A DNA stretch of 63,557 nucleotides, the filler included, from Welwitschia mirabilis (Eukaryota), in the NCBI GenBank assembly GCA_051453625.1. It is 6 parts of one record of this genome, joined end to end, with 100 filler letters (N's around TTAATTAATTAA, not from the genome) between each part and the next. Parts side by side here need not be neighbours in the genome. Positions count along the whole stretch, not along the records: positions 33,704 to 56,033 come from JBOZIK010000001.1; 5 more parts are not named here. One strand, written 5' to 3'. Numbering within the stretch: position 1 is the first letter of the stretch; the number at the start of each line of letters is the position of its first letter. Under the pieces are notes generated by a model, which worked only from the letters and a program-made list of their open reading frames with translations, was not told the DNA's origin and did no database searches. Position numbers and translations under genes: made by a program. This document shows positions 39,783 to 52,400 of the stretch, piece by piece.

Positions 39783-41445
39783 TTACCTATTTAGATTAGA
39801 TTTCGTATTAGGTTGTTGCTGTTGGAATTGAGAAATTCTTCTAATGAATCTGCTTCCATTATTAAAACCAAAATACAGGGATTTTTTGAAAGGGCAAGAG
39901 AATTGCATGTGACCATTCTTATTATAATAGGGACATTTTAGGCTACTTTTCTCAAAGTATTGATATTTGACGCTGGGCCCAAAGTATTGAACGGTTGGAG
40001 TCTTACTACTATATGTGCCCAATCCAGATTTATCATGAGGGCCTTGACCTATGCCCAAGAGTTTGTTTAAATTCTTCTTTCCCAGAGTCAAACGATTTGC
40101 TATGTCCCTAGCATCTTGAAGTTCATGAGATAGGGATTCAATTTTCCCATGAGCAACTTTGAATTTAGTTTCTAATTCATCCAAAGATTTTTTTCTAGTA
40201 TTTTTCTCACCTAGATCCGTACTAAGTTTATATAGTTTTTCTCATGCCTTAAACAATTCATTGTAATAATAATCAAGATCATTGCAATCGTGGGAATCAT
40301 TTTTAGAAGACATAAATTCATTTTCGCATGAAGGCGCATGTTCATTTTGAGCAAAAGAACTATTGGCTATAAAACAACAATATGGTTAGAACTACTTACC
40401 TCATCCATTGTAACTAGAGGTCCAAAATCTAGCAATTCTTCATCACTTGAACCATTTTCATTACAATCGTCATCCCATGTTGTCTTTAGCACCTTTTTTC
40501 GTTTGAATTTCCCTTTGTTGTCCTTCTTCTTGTTTGCACACTTTGAAGCTACATGACTAAAACCTTTACATTCATAACATTGTATAAAAGAATTGGAATT
40601 CTTACCTTTATCGTTTTCATGCTTGATAGATCCTTTTGCTCCTCTTCCTTCTCTTCTTTTTCTGAGAAATCTTTTGAAGTTCTCTGTCAAAAGTGCGAGG
40701 TCTTCATCTTCGTTTTCCTCACTTGAAGGGTCTTCATCTTCTTCTTCACATGCCTTAAGAGTTATGCTCTTTCTTTTGGGGGCTTCATCTTCCGGGAGAA
40801 TTGTTGCCTCATATGCCATTAAGGAGCCTTTCAACTCTTCTACCTTAATTCGGTTAATGTCCTTGCTCTTCTCAATCACAGTGATCTTGGGTTTGAATTT
40901 TGAAGTCAAGCTTCTAAGATTTTTCATGACTAGTCTGTTCTTGGGAACTCTTTCACCTAGCCCCCAAATGCTTTTGATGATGTTACTAAATTTTGTAGTA
41001 TACTCTGCCACATATTCAGTTTCCTCCATTCTGATGTTTTCAAATTTCATGGTTAGGAGCTGTAGCTTGGTGGTTTTGACTATATTTGTTCCTTCATGGG
41101 CAATTCTCAGAGTCTCCCACATCTCTTGAGCAGTTGTACATTGAACCACCCTATCATATTCTTCGTTTGATAGTGCGCAGATGATTGCATTCATTGCCCG
41201 AGCATTGAGCTAGGCTTTCCACTTATCATCTGGATTCCAACTGCTTCTTGCTTTTATTGAAATGTCACCATTGCTGTCTATTACTATTGGCTGTTGATAT
41301 CCATTCAGTACTATTTCCCAAATACCCGGGTCAAGGGAAGTCATGAAGATTGTTATCTTTGACTTCGAGTGAGCATAGTTTGATCATGTGAAGACCGATG
41401 GTCTTGTTATAGCCTGACCTTTCGGGTAGCTTGAGGATGCCATAT
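39783..41445 (-). pseudogene. SIRE gag remnant
   Basis: ORF 40367-41194 (UBN2-like MWETLRIAHEGT; zinc knuckle CYECKGFSHVASKC) and 39783-40184 (HDKSGLG, second knuckle-like motif). Confidence 0.9.
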
Positions 41446-41509
41446 CTTCTAAACTTGATAAAACACAAATACAGGAATAGATCTAGGACGACCAGGCTTT
41501 GATACCAAT

Positions 41510-41872
41510 TGTGAGGATCATATGACACCTTAGAGGGGGGTTGCATAGGGTGATTAAAAATATTTTCTTATTGAATCAACTGCATTACCTTTAATCAGGA
41601 AGGACAACTAAACAAATAAGTAGGAAGAAAGCAAAATACAAGCAACAAGAAAACACCAAAGATTTTATGGTGGTTCGACCCTTTGCCTACTCCACTCTCA
41701 GGGGGGCAATAACAACTTCCAGCCTCCTAGTTCTCTTAATACTTCAAAGGTTAGTATAGACTCTAAATATCTCATTTTTGGCTCTTTCTTTGAAGGAGCA
41801 TTTTGGTCCACGTCATTGCATTGGAGTTGCTACAGAATCTATTGACTATCATTAAAACATAGACCTTCAACA
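41510..41872 (-). repeat. 5' LTR of SIRE element, internally deleted (363 bp)
   Basis: Matches 33221-33450 and then jumps to ~34270-34390 of the 3' LTR. Confidence 0.85.
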
Positions 41873-42313
41873 CTAGTTGGAGGATGATGTAGGAGCAGGA
41901 AACCTCAATTGTGTACTTAGATCTGAGCATTTCGTCATCAGAGGGAGCTAAAGTGTCATTGGTAACAATGGAGGGGGGAGGACCTGAGGTCCCAAGTGCA
42001 TTTTCCCTAGTCTTCCACACCTACAAGTGTGGTGAGGGGAAGGAAAAGGGGTGGTGAGAAAGAGGAGAGAGGGTAAAGAAAAGGGGAAGGATAAGAAGGG
42101 AGAGACAAAAAGGTAGGGAGGAAAAGGAAGGGAGAAAGACAAGCAGGGAAAAAGGTGGAGGATGGAGAGCAAGGGGTCCCTTGATTGCCGAGGGTCGCAT
42201 TGGTTCCTAACACTATAATTGCAATGTATCAAGGGTTGCACTACTTATGGATGCATTCAAGAACTTCCTAGTTAAAGGCTTTGCACATTTCAATCCAATA
42301 GAGTTGGTCTAGG

Positions 42314-42843
42314 CATAGTTGTAAAATGCAAATCATATCATAGTTTGTGTTTTTTGATTTGGAGATTCTGGATTGCCAAATTGCTCTGAAACATTTCGTG
42401 GATCATTGTGGATCGCAAACATAGAAAAACCTTAAAGCTAAATCTAAAACTTAATGAAATCAAACTAATCTTTGATTGAAATTAAAAATTAGGCCTTTTA
42501 AAATGTCTTCCTACTTATCATTCAGTTTAAACCTACTTGAGAATGTTAAAATGATCAAAATATTCTCTGTATGTTGGGTTTTGACATCAAAAAATAGTGA
42601 ACCTCTTCAGATCTTTGTAGATCTCTATAGATGTCTTTGGATCCTTGCAGATCTCTTTAGATCGTTGCAGATTGCTTCGGATTGGTGTGGAATGGATCGC
42701 CTCAGATTGCGATCCAAAGCCTCGAGATTGAGATCCAGAGGGAATCACAATCCAGAACCGATTTGAAGCTTTTTTTTTCCCTTTTCCAGATCGAGATCCA
42801 AATCGTCTTGGATTGTGATTCGGATCCGCATTTCACAACTATG
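42314..42843. mobile_element. Older hAT-family MITE (530 bp)
   Basis: TIRs CATAGTTGTAAAATGC / GCATTTCACAACTATG. Flanks GGTCTAGG vs AATTTAGG (5/8 identical, differences all transitions). GGATC/GATCC subterminal repeats. Confidence 0.75.
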
Positions 42844-43514
42844 AATTTAGGGCAAACCATACTTACCTGTTTGCACCAACCATCATACAAAGTGGCTTTT
42901 ACAATCAATTTAATCTAAATGATCAGTGACTCCATTGCTGAAAACATTAATAATTAGTCACCTTCATGTCGGTTCAACTGCAAGGTGGAGACTAGCATGT
43001 AGAATGTCTTATGCAGTGGGATGTCCTCAACTTCAGTGCAATGATCTTAGGGCACAAAACAAACATCTCAATATACACCTGTATACAGCTACAGGGCTTA
43101 TTACCACTTATTCAATGCTTTATCATAGTAATATTTGGGCAATTGTCATGGTGGAAGTGGATGTTTACTGATAACAATGTCAACTGTATCGTGGTTTACC
43201 CCTTCATTTAAATTTTACCATCCTTATTTTCACCTGCTGAAGACTGATTTTTCCATTACCAGAATCAAAAATACATATTGCCACCTTTTGAAAGTGTATA
43301 CAACTTAAGAAGATTTGTTGTTTTCACTATTATAGAGATGATTGAAGTGACATGTTCAAATTTTATTTCAGATTGAGATAGATAATCAGATTTTCCATGG
43401 CCTGGAATTTTTGGAACTAAAGACACACTTATTGTTATAAGCTTTTAAGAAGACATTTTTAGTTTACAAGGAAGTACCTGTTATTCTTAAGTACAGAGCA
43501 AGAACGTGAAAGAA

Positions 43515-43622
43515 ATGCCACAACCATCAGTCATTCTTGCAACAGCTGGTTATGACCACACAATAAAGTTTTGGGAGGCTACTAGTGGCAGATGCTATCG
43601 TACAATACAACATACTGACTCT
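43515..43622 (+). CDS. LST8: First coding exon of LST8/GbetaL (TOR complex WD40 subunit) homologue; remaining exons not found in window
   Basis: Translates [36 protein letters not shown] (36 codons), then a GTATGT donor at 43623. Closely resembles the plant LST8 N-terminus as I recall it ([34 protein letters not shown]). Too short for the ORF track. Confidence 0.88.
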
Positions 43623-44089
43623 GTATGTTCATTCTCTTATGCTTACTTCATAACATGTTTGTGGTAAATATTCTTACTTTTGTTTTAATCCTATAATTAT
43701 AAATTAGAAACAAAAACTGAATTAATAATTGTAGAAACAGATCAAAGTCGTCTTTGATAAAAGTCATGCAAAATATCACCATGGTTTGTAATTTCATTAA
43801 GTTGTATAAAAAATTAATAGCATCAGAGAAACTAGACGTAGTTCATCCATAGATTGTTTTTTCACTTCTTTATTATATGTAGGTTCTGTTTATAAAAGGG
43901 GAAACAGTCATGATTTTGCCAAGTGAAGCCAAATTACATTTATTCCCTTTGTAAGGTTATAATTTAACATTGACCTTCTTATGATGTAAAAGATGGTAAT
44001 TTATAATATCACCTTGAGTTTTACTTTTTTTTTAAAAAGAAAAAAGGAAGAATGAGACTAGGGTGTTCTAAAAAGTTTCTTTAATTCAA

Positions 44090-44328
44090 TTTGTACCCGC
44101 TTTGTGTTGTATCTGTATTAGTGCATTGGAAGGTTGCAAAGCTTGAGTAGAGATTCCTAAGTGAAAACCTAGAGTTGAAGCTGCTTGCTTGTTTGGCATG
44201 TATTTGAACTCCATTAATAAAGCTCTACACTGTTCTTCTTGTGGACATAGGGTAGAAAGGTTCGAAACCATGTGGAACCTGTGTTTTGGTGTGTTTCTGC
44301 TTTGCTATTTTGCTGCGTTTTCTTAATG
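44090..44328 (+). repeat. Probable decayed Copia LTR 3' fragment
   Basis: AATAAAG...GTGGACATAGG...GAAACCATGTGGAACCTGTG followed by a T-rich tail, typical of the U5 end of plant Copia LTRs. No clear termini. Confidence 0.4.
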
Positions 44329-47300
44329 CATGATAGTGTTGAGATTGAAGAGAGTGGAATCAGCAATTAGGGGAAAAAAAAAAGAAAAAGAAAAAAGAAA
44401 AAGAGAGAGATAGAGTGTGAAACTTGTGGAAAAATGTATCCATCAATTTCTTTGACATACGCCTACATATTTATACATAAGATACCGTTGTTGGCAAATT
44501 ACAGCTGTCAACACCTTGCTTACACCTGTCAACACCTGCATGCCACCTCAACCAACAAGCTCTCAGTTCAGTATAGTTGTATTCCCATTCAACTAAAATT
44601 CTCTTGGTTCAGAACAGGTGTTTGCTCCCACTCAAGATCCTAATCTTCTAAACTGCAGGTGCAGCGCATCTATCAACACTTACAGTTTATCAACACTTCC
44701 CCTCAACATGGTGTATGTATGTTCATCATGCCCATCTTGCCAACAGTAGAATGAAACTTCATACTATTAAGACCCTTAGTAAATATATCAGCTAGCTGAT
44801 CTGCAAAGTTCACGAAAGGTATGCAAACGAGTCCTTCATCCAGTTTCTCCTTGATAAAATTTTGATCAATCCCTACATGCTTTGTCCGATCATGTTGAAC
44901 TGGCTTTTGTGCAATACTGATTGCGGCCTTGTTATCACAATATAGTAGAACTGGTTGCTTACTTGCCAACCCCAGGTCTTGCAACAGTTTGCCAGGCCAT
45001 AGAAGTTCACAGACTCCTTGTGCCATAGCTCTGTACTCAGCTTCTGCACTTGATCATGTCACAACTACCCGTTTCTTACTTTGCCAAGTGACGAAATTGC
45101 CCCCGACAAATGTACAATATCCTGATGTAGATCCCCTACTATTAGGGCAACCTGCCTGGTTAGCATCTCAAGGTACGTTGAACAGCATGCTAGTGAGAGA
45201 TTTGGGGATTATGCATAAATTGACTTACCACACCAACTGCATAGGCTATGTCTGGGCTGGTGTGAGAGAGATAAATTAATCTCCCAACTAATCTCTGATA
45301 TCTTTCTCTGTCAACCCTCTCTTCATCACAGCTTTTAAGTTGATGATTGACCCTAATAGGTGATTCTGCTCGCTTGCAGCCATCATACTAGTCTCCTTAA
45401 GCAAATCAAGAATGTATTTTCTTTGGGAAATAAAGATACCATTACTTGATCGAGCGACTTCGATTCCAAGGAAATAATGCAGTTTTCCTAGGTCTTTGAT
45501 TTCAAATTCCTTGGTCAGATGCCCTTTCAACTTAATCACCTCTTCTGGATCATTTCTAGTTATAACTATATCATCAATGTCTATAATAAGCACTGTGATT
45601 TACCACTATCTCGTTTGATGAACATAATGTGATCTGCATTACTACGTCTATACCCATATGCTAACATAGCTTTGCTGAATCTGTCACACCAAGCTCTAGG
45701 GAACTGCTTAAGACCATACAGAGCTTTTCTTAACCTACAGACTTTGCCTTCTGTTGTTTGACGAGAAAAACCTAGAGGAATTTCCATATACACCTCTTCT
45801 TCTAGATCTTCATGGAGAAATGTATTTTTCACATCTAGTTGTTGCAAGTCCCATTCTAGATTTGCTACACAAGACAAGAGGACCCTGATAGAGTTTATTC
45901 TGGCCACTAGAGGAAATGTCTTGTGATAGTCAACTCCATAGTTTGAGTGTTGCCTTTTGCAACCAACCAAGCCTTGAAGCTTTCAATGCCCCCACTAGCT
46001 TTGTGCTTTACAGTGAAAACCCACTTGCAGCCTACAGTTTTCTTCCCCGCTGTAAGAGGAGTGAGTTCCCATGTGTTATTCTTATCCAGGGCTTTCATCT
46101 CTTCAATCATAGCTACCCTGCACTTGTGATCAATGACTGCCTGCTTCCAGTCTCGAGGAGCAGAGACAGAAGATAAGGAGGCTACAAATGTCTTATATGA
46201 GGGAGACAAAGATTCATAAGATACCAAGTTAGATATAGGATGTCGATACAAGTTTGAACACCCTTCCTAAGAGCAATAGGCAAATCAAGATCATTAATAT
46301 TGGAAGGATAAGGAAGGGAAATTGAGGTGCTAGACTTATTAGTAGGAGACTGTAGCAGGACTGAATCTAAAGGTAACTCTTGGTCGGGTGAGGTATGCAT
46401 GATGGCTTTATTCTTGGGTGAATAAACATTCCGCTTCAGCTCATCTTCCCTTCCTTTCTCATTTACACTGATATTCTACTCCTCATATTTCTCCTCCCCA
46501 TGGTTTTCATCCTGCATCTCCTTTCTCATGTGCGTTTGAATATGTATCTTCCTCCACCTTGCTTCCATTCTGCATGTCTAGCCTAGAAATCCATAAAGAA
46601 GATCCAGTTAATGTCATGTTTTCTTTACTAATATTTTGTTCCTGAGGAGAGAACTTAGAGAAATAGGCCTCAGTCTCATGAAATGTTACATCCATACCAA
46701 CACATACTCGTCTGGTTGGAGGATGATACATTTGTAACCTTTTTGAGTAGTAGAATATGTTAGATATTTTTTTATTATTATGGTCAACCCCTATCCTTGT
46801 AATTCCCTCACTCCCATTTTAAGTGGTTGTTAGAACCACTCCCCTATTTTGCTTTCCCATTTTCTTTATCTTTTTATATTTTGTTGAACATGAGGGTATT
46901 TAAACCCTTCAAGGCTAATGAACTTAATGAGCTGGTTTTAATGTAAATATTTTGATCTCCGTAGGGATTCCTCCTAGTTATTAGGCCTTCTATGTGCTCA
47001 TGCTTGCTCTTGCAACCTTCAATTGGTATCGAAGCCTGTCAAAGGATTCTCTCTTTGGATCTTGCAACATAGCTTTCACCTCTATTACAAAACCAGCTTT
47101 TGGTGAAAGCATTTGGTTGAAAAGGGATGGTGAAAGGTGCGTCTCAAACAAAGAATCGTTTGAAAGGAGTAGAGTCCTCTAATTCATGGAGCTTTTGATA
47201 TCATCTGCAGCTTCTTCAACAACGAACTCACATGGTTCTGCTTCCACGACTGTAATGGCTTGATGTATTTCGTCAAGATTCTTAGATCTGAAGTCCTTTC

Positions 47301-47368
47301 TTTCTCTCGTCCGTGATATTGGTCCTTTTTCTCGTTTAGTTCTCAATTTTCCTCTGCATTTTACCCCA

Positions 47369-47793
47369 TTTCATTGACCTGCTCTACAAATTTTGCATAG
47401 GAAGAATAAGAAAGGAAAATCAACACGCTAAAAGATTGCTCCTTTTGCCCGTTGAATACTTCTCAATTATATTCATTTCCCCTGATTATTTAAAATCTGA
47501 CAAATCTTTGAAATCTGGCGAAAATTTGAATTTTGGCGATCTCTATAGCGATTGGGCGCCTGGTTTTCCAACGAAGGGATTTTCATTGACCTGATCTACA
47601 AATTTTGCATCGAAAGAATAAGAAAGGAAAATCAACACGCTAAAAGATTGCTCCTTCTGCCCGTTGAATACTTCTCAATTATATTCATTTCCCCTGATTA
47701 TTTAAAATCTGACAAATCTTTGAAATCTGGCAAAAATTTGAATTTTGGCGATCTCTAGAGCGATTGGGCGCCTGCTTTTCCAACTGAGGGATT
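47369..47793. repeat. Near-identical ~212-bp tandem duplication inside the non-coding LTR element
   Basis: TTTCATTGACCTG...GCGATTGGGCGCCTG...GGGAT occurs twice with only a few differences. Confidence 0.92.
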
Positions 47794-49189
47794 TTGTGTG
47801 AAATGAAAAATATCCTATGTAATGCTTCATTACAGAGTTGGGAAGATTTACCACATTTCTATGCTTTATTTAGAGAGACTTCTCCCCTATAAGCTGAAGG
47901 TGAAATAGCTGTTATGTCCTCTACCGATCTGCAGGCACTGCACGGCGATTCTGGTGCCGTGAAAAGACGTTTTGTTTTCGTTGTTGCATGATTACTCAGC
48001 GTTTATTCCGGATGAGTGCTTTTCGCACATTTTTTAGTACCCTTACATTGTTGGACCGCAAAAATGGTTTGAGCGTCTGCAAGTGCTTGTACAGAGTGGA
48101 AGGAATCAGTCGTCAAAGGATCACATTTGATGCGAACTTCAAGCCGTCCATCAGCATCCCTAGAATCTTCGCACAAGGTTCGATCATGTGACGCGTCTTA
48201 TGCTTCGCTGCAACCAGCATGTTTCGAGCATTGGTGATGACAGACTCCGCAGCATTGGTACGCATTGCCAGAATCTCAAAAAGATGAAGATCAAGGGATG
48301 TCATCCTATCACCAGTGCCAAAATCAAGGAGTTTTCGCGATTCTGTAAAGGTTAACTTTGGATTCGCATGGAATTTTCTCATGTTAGAAATTTCTATTGC
48401 TAATTTAGTGTTGGTCAAAAATGCCTCCGGAGTTTGCAGAATCGTAGTATTCTGTTTCGAACGTCTATGATCTGCATGAATATTTCTTGGAATTAGTTGA
48501 ATGTGATTCTCCAGAAACAAGAATGTAGGTTTAGATCTAGTGCTATTCTTCGTGATTATTAAGGGTTTCAACAAGCAGAAGCACAAACTGGAATATTTTG
48601 TTTCATAATATTTCCGAGCTTGATAATGGAGATCACTAGTTGAGGGCTAGGATCTTGAACCTCATTTTTGTAAACTTCGCCTCCAGAGCATCATGATGCT
48701 TTTGAATTCACTTGAGTAGAAGTCTTTGGAGATGAATACCAAGAGATTTGTAGCAAACTCTCTTCTCAGAACTAGTAAATGAAAGGCAATACTCAGTGGA
48801 AGCAGTGTCAAAGATAAAGTATTTTTCTTTCAACTCCTCTCCTTTATCTTTATTTGAAGTAAAATTCGTTATGAGAGTATTTGTTGAAAGGACAAAGGAA
48901 ACTTTAAAACATAAGCAAAGGTAGGAATAAAATATCAAAGGAAGTTTTATTGGGTAAATTTTTAGAAAAGCCTTTTAAAAGGGTCATTGTCTGAAAGGGG
49001 GCATCAGCATTGTTTTGACAATATTTATGGTTGTTAAAGATGGCTGGAATTGAAGAAGGAACCTATAATTTTGATGAATGTTTTAGTTTTACAATTTGTA
49101 TATGAAAGATGAAGGAAGGAAGGAAGATTATGGGGCATTTGTTATTCCATTATTTTTCATGCATAAATTGGTTGGTAAGTTTTCTTTTT

Positions 49190-49400
49190 TATGTGGTGAA
49201 CTTTATTAAGTTCTATAAGCAGTTTTATGGGGTGAACTCGTATTGAGTTCTATATGTGGTGATATCTTTTAAGTTCTTTGTGGTGACTTTATTAAGTTCT
49301 ATATGCAGCTTTATGGGAAGAACTCGAATTGAGTTCTATATGTGGTGATCTCTTTAAGTTCTTTGTCGTGAACTTTAAAGAGTTTCTTATTCTATGTAGA
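49190..49400. repeat. Short degenerate tandem repeats upstream of the PPT
   Basis: Repeated GTGGTGA(A/T)CT...AAGTTCT / GAACTCG..TTGAGTTCTATATG units. Confidence 0.7.
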
Positions 49401-52400
49401 TTGCTATGCTAAAGGCATGTTCTAGCACTTTGTGATGACAATCTAATTCTTAGATTTGTCATCAAAGGAGGGTTTGTTAAATATTTTTTTATTATTATGG
49501 TCAACCCCTATCCTTGTCACTCCCTCATTCCCATTTTAGGTGGTTGTTAGAACCATTCCCTATTTTTCTCTCCCATTTTCTTTATCTTTCTATATTCTAT
49601 TGTAACATGAGGGTATTTAAACCCTTCAAGGCTAATGCAATTAATGAGCTGCTTTTAATGCAAATATTTTAATGTACCTGGGAATTCCTCCCCGTCATTG
49701 GGCCTCCTGCACGCTCATAGTTGCTCTTGCAACCTTCAGAATACCCAATGAAAACACACTTAAAGGCTTGTGGATCAAGCTTTCCAATGGTTTGTCGATG
49801 ATCATGTACAAAAGACACACATCCAAAGACCTTTGGAGGAACAACATAAGTGCACTTACCTTGAAGGAGTTCTAAAGGAGTTTGAAAATTAAGTGTTTTG
49901 AGTGGCATGCGATTGATAAGGTAGGCTGCTGACAGAATTGCATCATCCCAATAAGCCTTGAGAACATTCATGGAAAACATCAGGGAGCGAACCACCTCTA
50001 GTAGATGATGTTTCCACACTACAACACCATTTTGAGCTGATTTTTCTACATAAGTAGTTTGATGTAGTATTCCATGATCATGTAAATAGCTCTGAAAAAC
50101 CGCTTCTGTGTATTCTTTACCATTGTCAATTCTAAGAATTCTGACCTTAGCATGAAATTGTGGTCACCGTTCTGTGAAACATTTTGAAACAAAAGAATAC
50201 TTACATTTTTGTTGTGCATTAAATACACCCAAGTCGTGTGACTAGCAATCAATAAAGGTGGCAAACCACCTATGTCCAAACAGAGAAGTTTGTGTATGCT
50301 TTGCAAACTCGCAAGCATCACAAAGAAGCTCCAAATTACTCTGCTTAAATAAAGTAGGACATAATCTTCGAGTGACTTGCAATGAAGGATGTCCTAGACG
50401 TTGGTGCCACTGAATCAGATTCTATTAAGCAGACAAGGCAGAATTGAGCAAAAGAGCATGATTAGCTAAAGTTGATGTGGACAATTGAGCTGGACCTCCC
50501 TCTAGCAAATACAAGCCATCATGCATCCTACCATGACCGATTGTTTTGCCTATCCTCAAGTGCTGGAAAACACATTGTGGAAGGAAAAATGTGACTTTGA
50601 AATTTAAATATCTGGGAATAGCACTAATGGACAAAAAATTATTAGAAAAATTGGGAACATGGAGAACAGAAGATAAAGTTAAGGTAGAAGTGCACTTGAT
50701 AGAACCTTTCCCTGTTACAGAAGATAAAGAACCATCTGCTATGCAAACCTTATTTCCACCCAAGGAGGGGAAGTAAGAAGCAAACTGGTTTGGCGAGCTA
50801 GTCATATTATCAGAAGCACCGGAATCTATGATCCAAGGAGTTGAATTAGCAGGAGCAGAAGCGCTGAAAAATGTTGTGTATCTATCTGAGTGTGCAAGGT
50901 TCAATGTTGAGGTATTGGAAAAAGCAACAATTGAGGAAGTAGCCATTCTGCTCATGAGATGCCAAAGAATGTCAATCTTCTTACTGAGATAGATTGGCAT
51001 GCTTTGAATTATTATCTTGAGATGTATACTCAGTTGCTTCTGAAACATGTGCCTGTGATCCAGATGATAGAGGTCTCTTTCCTCCTCACCCCCCGGTACG
51101 GTTGCTCATGTAATTTCCAACAACTATCTTTTGTGTGTCTAGTTCACCCACAATAATCACATTTTAGTTGATCCTTGTCCACAGTCCTTGAGCTTGCCCC
51201 ACTTGACTCCTTTTAAAGAGGGTTGACCATCATGCCAGATTTTTCTGTCAAAACATGATGCAACATAGCAGTCCTTCTACTTTCCTCTTGTTGTATATAA
51301 GAATATGCTCGTGTTAAAGAAGGGAAGGGATCTTTGCAAAGGACTTGGATCCTTATTGGATCATATTCAGGATTGAGGACAGCTAAAAAGTCATAGACCC
51401 ACTCTTTGTCCAACAACTTTCGAAATTTCACTGCATCATTGAGGCATTCGACCTGAAAATCCTGATGAAAGTTCAATTCCTGCCAAAAATTACAAAGTTC
51501 AGCAAAGTTATTTGGCGATTGTCAAGTCACCTTGTTTGACTCATGAACCTTTTTCTGTAGCTCATAAATCTCTGTATCATTTCCAACCTGTGAGTATGTC
51601 TACACTACAACATTCCAAATTTTGTATGCAGAATCCAACAGAAAGTAGCCCGGGGCACGTGCACGCTGCATACAATTAATAAGCCAGGACATTACTAGTG
51701 AGTTTTCATACTCCCATTTGCCAACAGATGGATCATCTGCTGGAGGTCTCCTTTCTTTCCCCGTGACGTACCCATACAAACCACAAGCGTTGATAAACAA
51801 CAAACGAGAACGAGACCATGCCAAATAGTTGTTCCCATCTAGCTTTACTGGAGAAATTTGGAGAGACGGATTAGCATTAATGAGGACTTCTGTCCTAATC
51901 CCTGTACTCTCACCAATAATGATTTCAGAAGTAACTTCTTGCATGTTTCAGGAACAACACACAAAAAACTCACAAGAACAAAAAAGGGAAACAACTCTTA
52001 CGTGATGCAAAACCTAACTCAGCATAGTGAAAATATGTTGATAACCAGGCATGCAGCCCGTTGTTGATAACCAGAGATCTTCTAGCTCTGATACCACATT
52101 GAGAGTGAAGACAGTGGAATCAATCAGCAATGAAAAAAACAAGAGTGAAAATGGTGGTAAAATGTATCAACCTTTTTCTTTGACTTACACCTACATATTT
52201 ATAGATAAGATACAGTTGTCAGCCAGTCACAGTGTCAACACCTTGCTTACACCTGTCAACACTTAAATGCCACCTCAACCAACAAGCTCTCAGTTCAGTA
52301 CAGTTGTACTCCCACTCAAAGGTGTTCACTCCCACTCGAAATCCTAATCTTCTAAACTGCAAGTGCAGCACTGCTTGTGTCTGGTCCACCACCACTGAGC

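Larger units (their letters stand above)
33221..41872 (-). mobile_element. Full-length degenerate SIRE/Maximus-type Copia with env-like ORF; TSD CTAGT
   Basis: CTAGT (33216-33220) TG...CA CTAGT (41873-41877). PBS TGGTATCAAAGCC (41495-41507, iMet type). PPT TGGGGGAGAT (34391-34400) plus further GGGGAG tracts (~34452, 34625). Order is gag, PR, INT, RT, RH, extra ORF. Confidence 0.93.
46758..49738 (+). mobile_element. Non-coding LTR retroelement (large TRIM/LARD-like), 264-bp LTRs, TSD GAATA
   Basis: GAATA (46753-46757); LTR 46758-47021; PBS TGGTATCGAAGCC (47024-47036); PPT AAAGGAGGG (~49464-49472); LTR 49475-49738; GAATA (49739-49743). No gag/pol motifs recognised inside. Confidence 0.92.
44337..52371 (-). 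mobile_element. Ale-type Copia copy 1 (degenerate, with nested insertion; 5' LTR truncated)
   Basis: 3' LTR 44337-44695 (TG...CA); PPT TGAGGGGAAG 44696-44705; RH QHDRTKHV; RT QQLDVKNTFLH; INT FWDDAIL-like YWDDAILSAAYLINRMP; PR WIIDSGASDNM; gag KLDGNNYLAWSRS; PBS TGGTATCAGAGC 52085-52096; 5' LTR 52097-52371 lacks its outer ~25 nt. Confidence 0.92.

Noticed and set aside
40593-41129. 178-aa plus-strand ORF and similar antisense ORFs over Copia genes
   Set aside because: Shadow ORFs of gag/pol on the opposite strand.
32907-42028. 11-bp inverted match TAGGTGTGGAA / TTCCACACCTA around the SIRE insertion site
   Set aside because: No matching TSD and no extension of the repeat; not enough to call a DNA transposon.
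48230-48720. Possible C/D snoRNA boxes (GTGATGA, ATGATG) in the non-coding LTR element
   Set aside because: No suitably placed CTGA D box or terminal stem seen.
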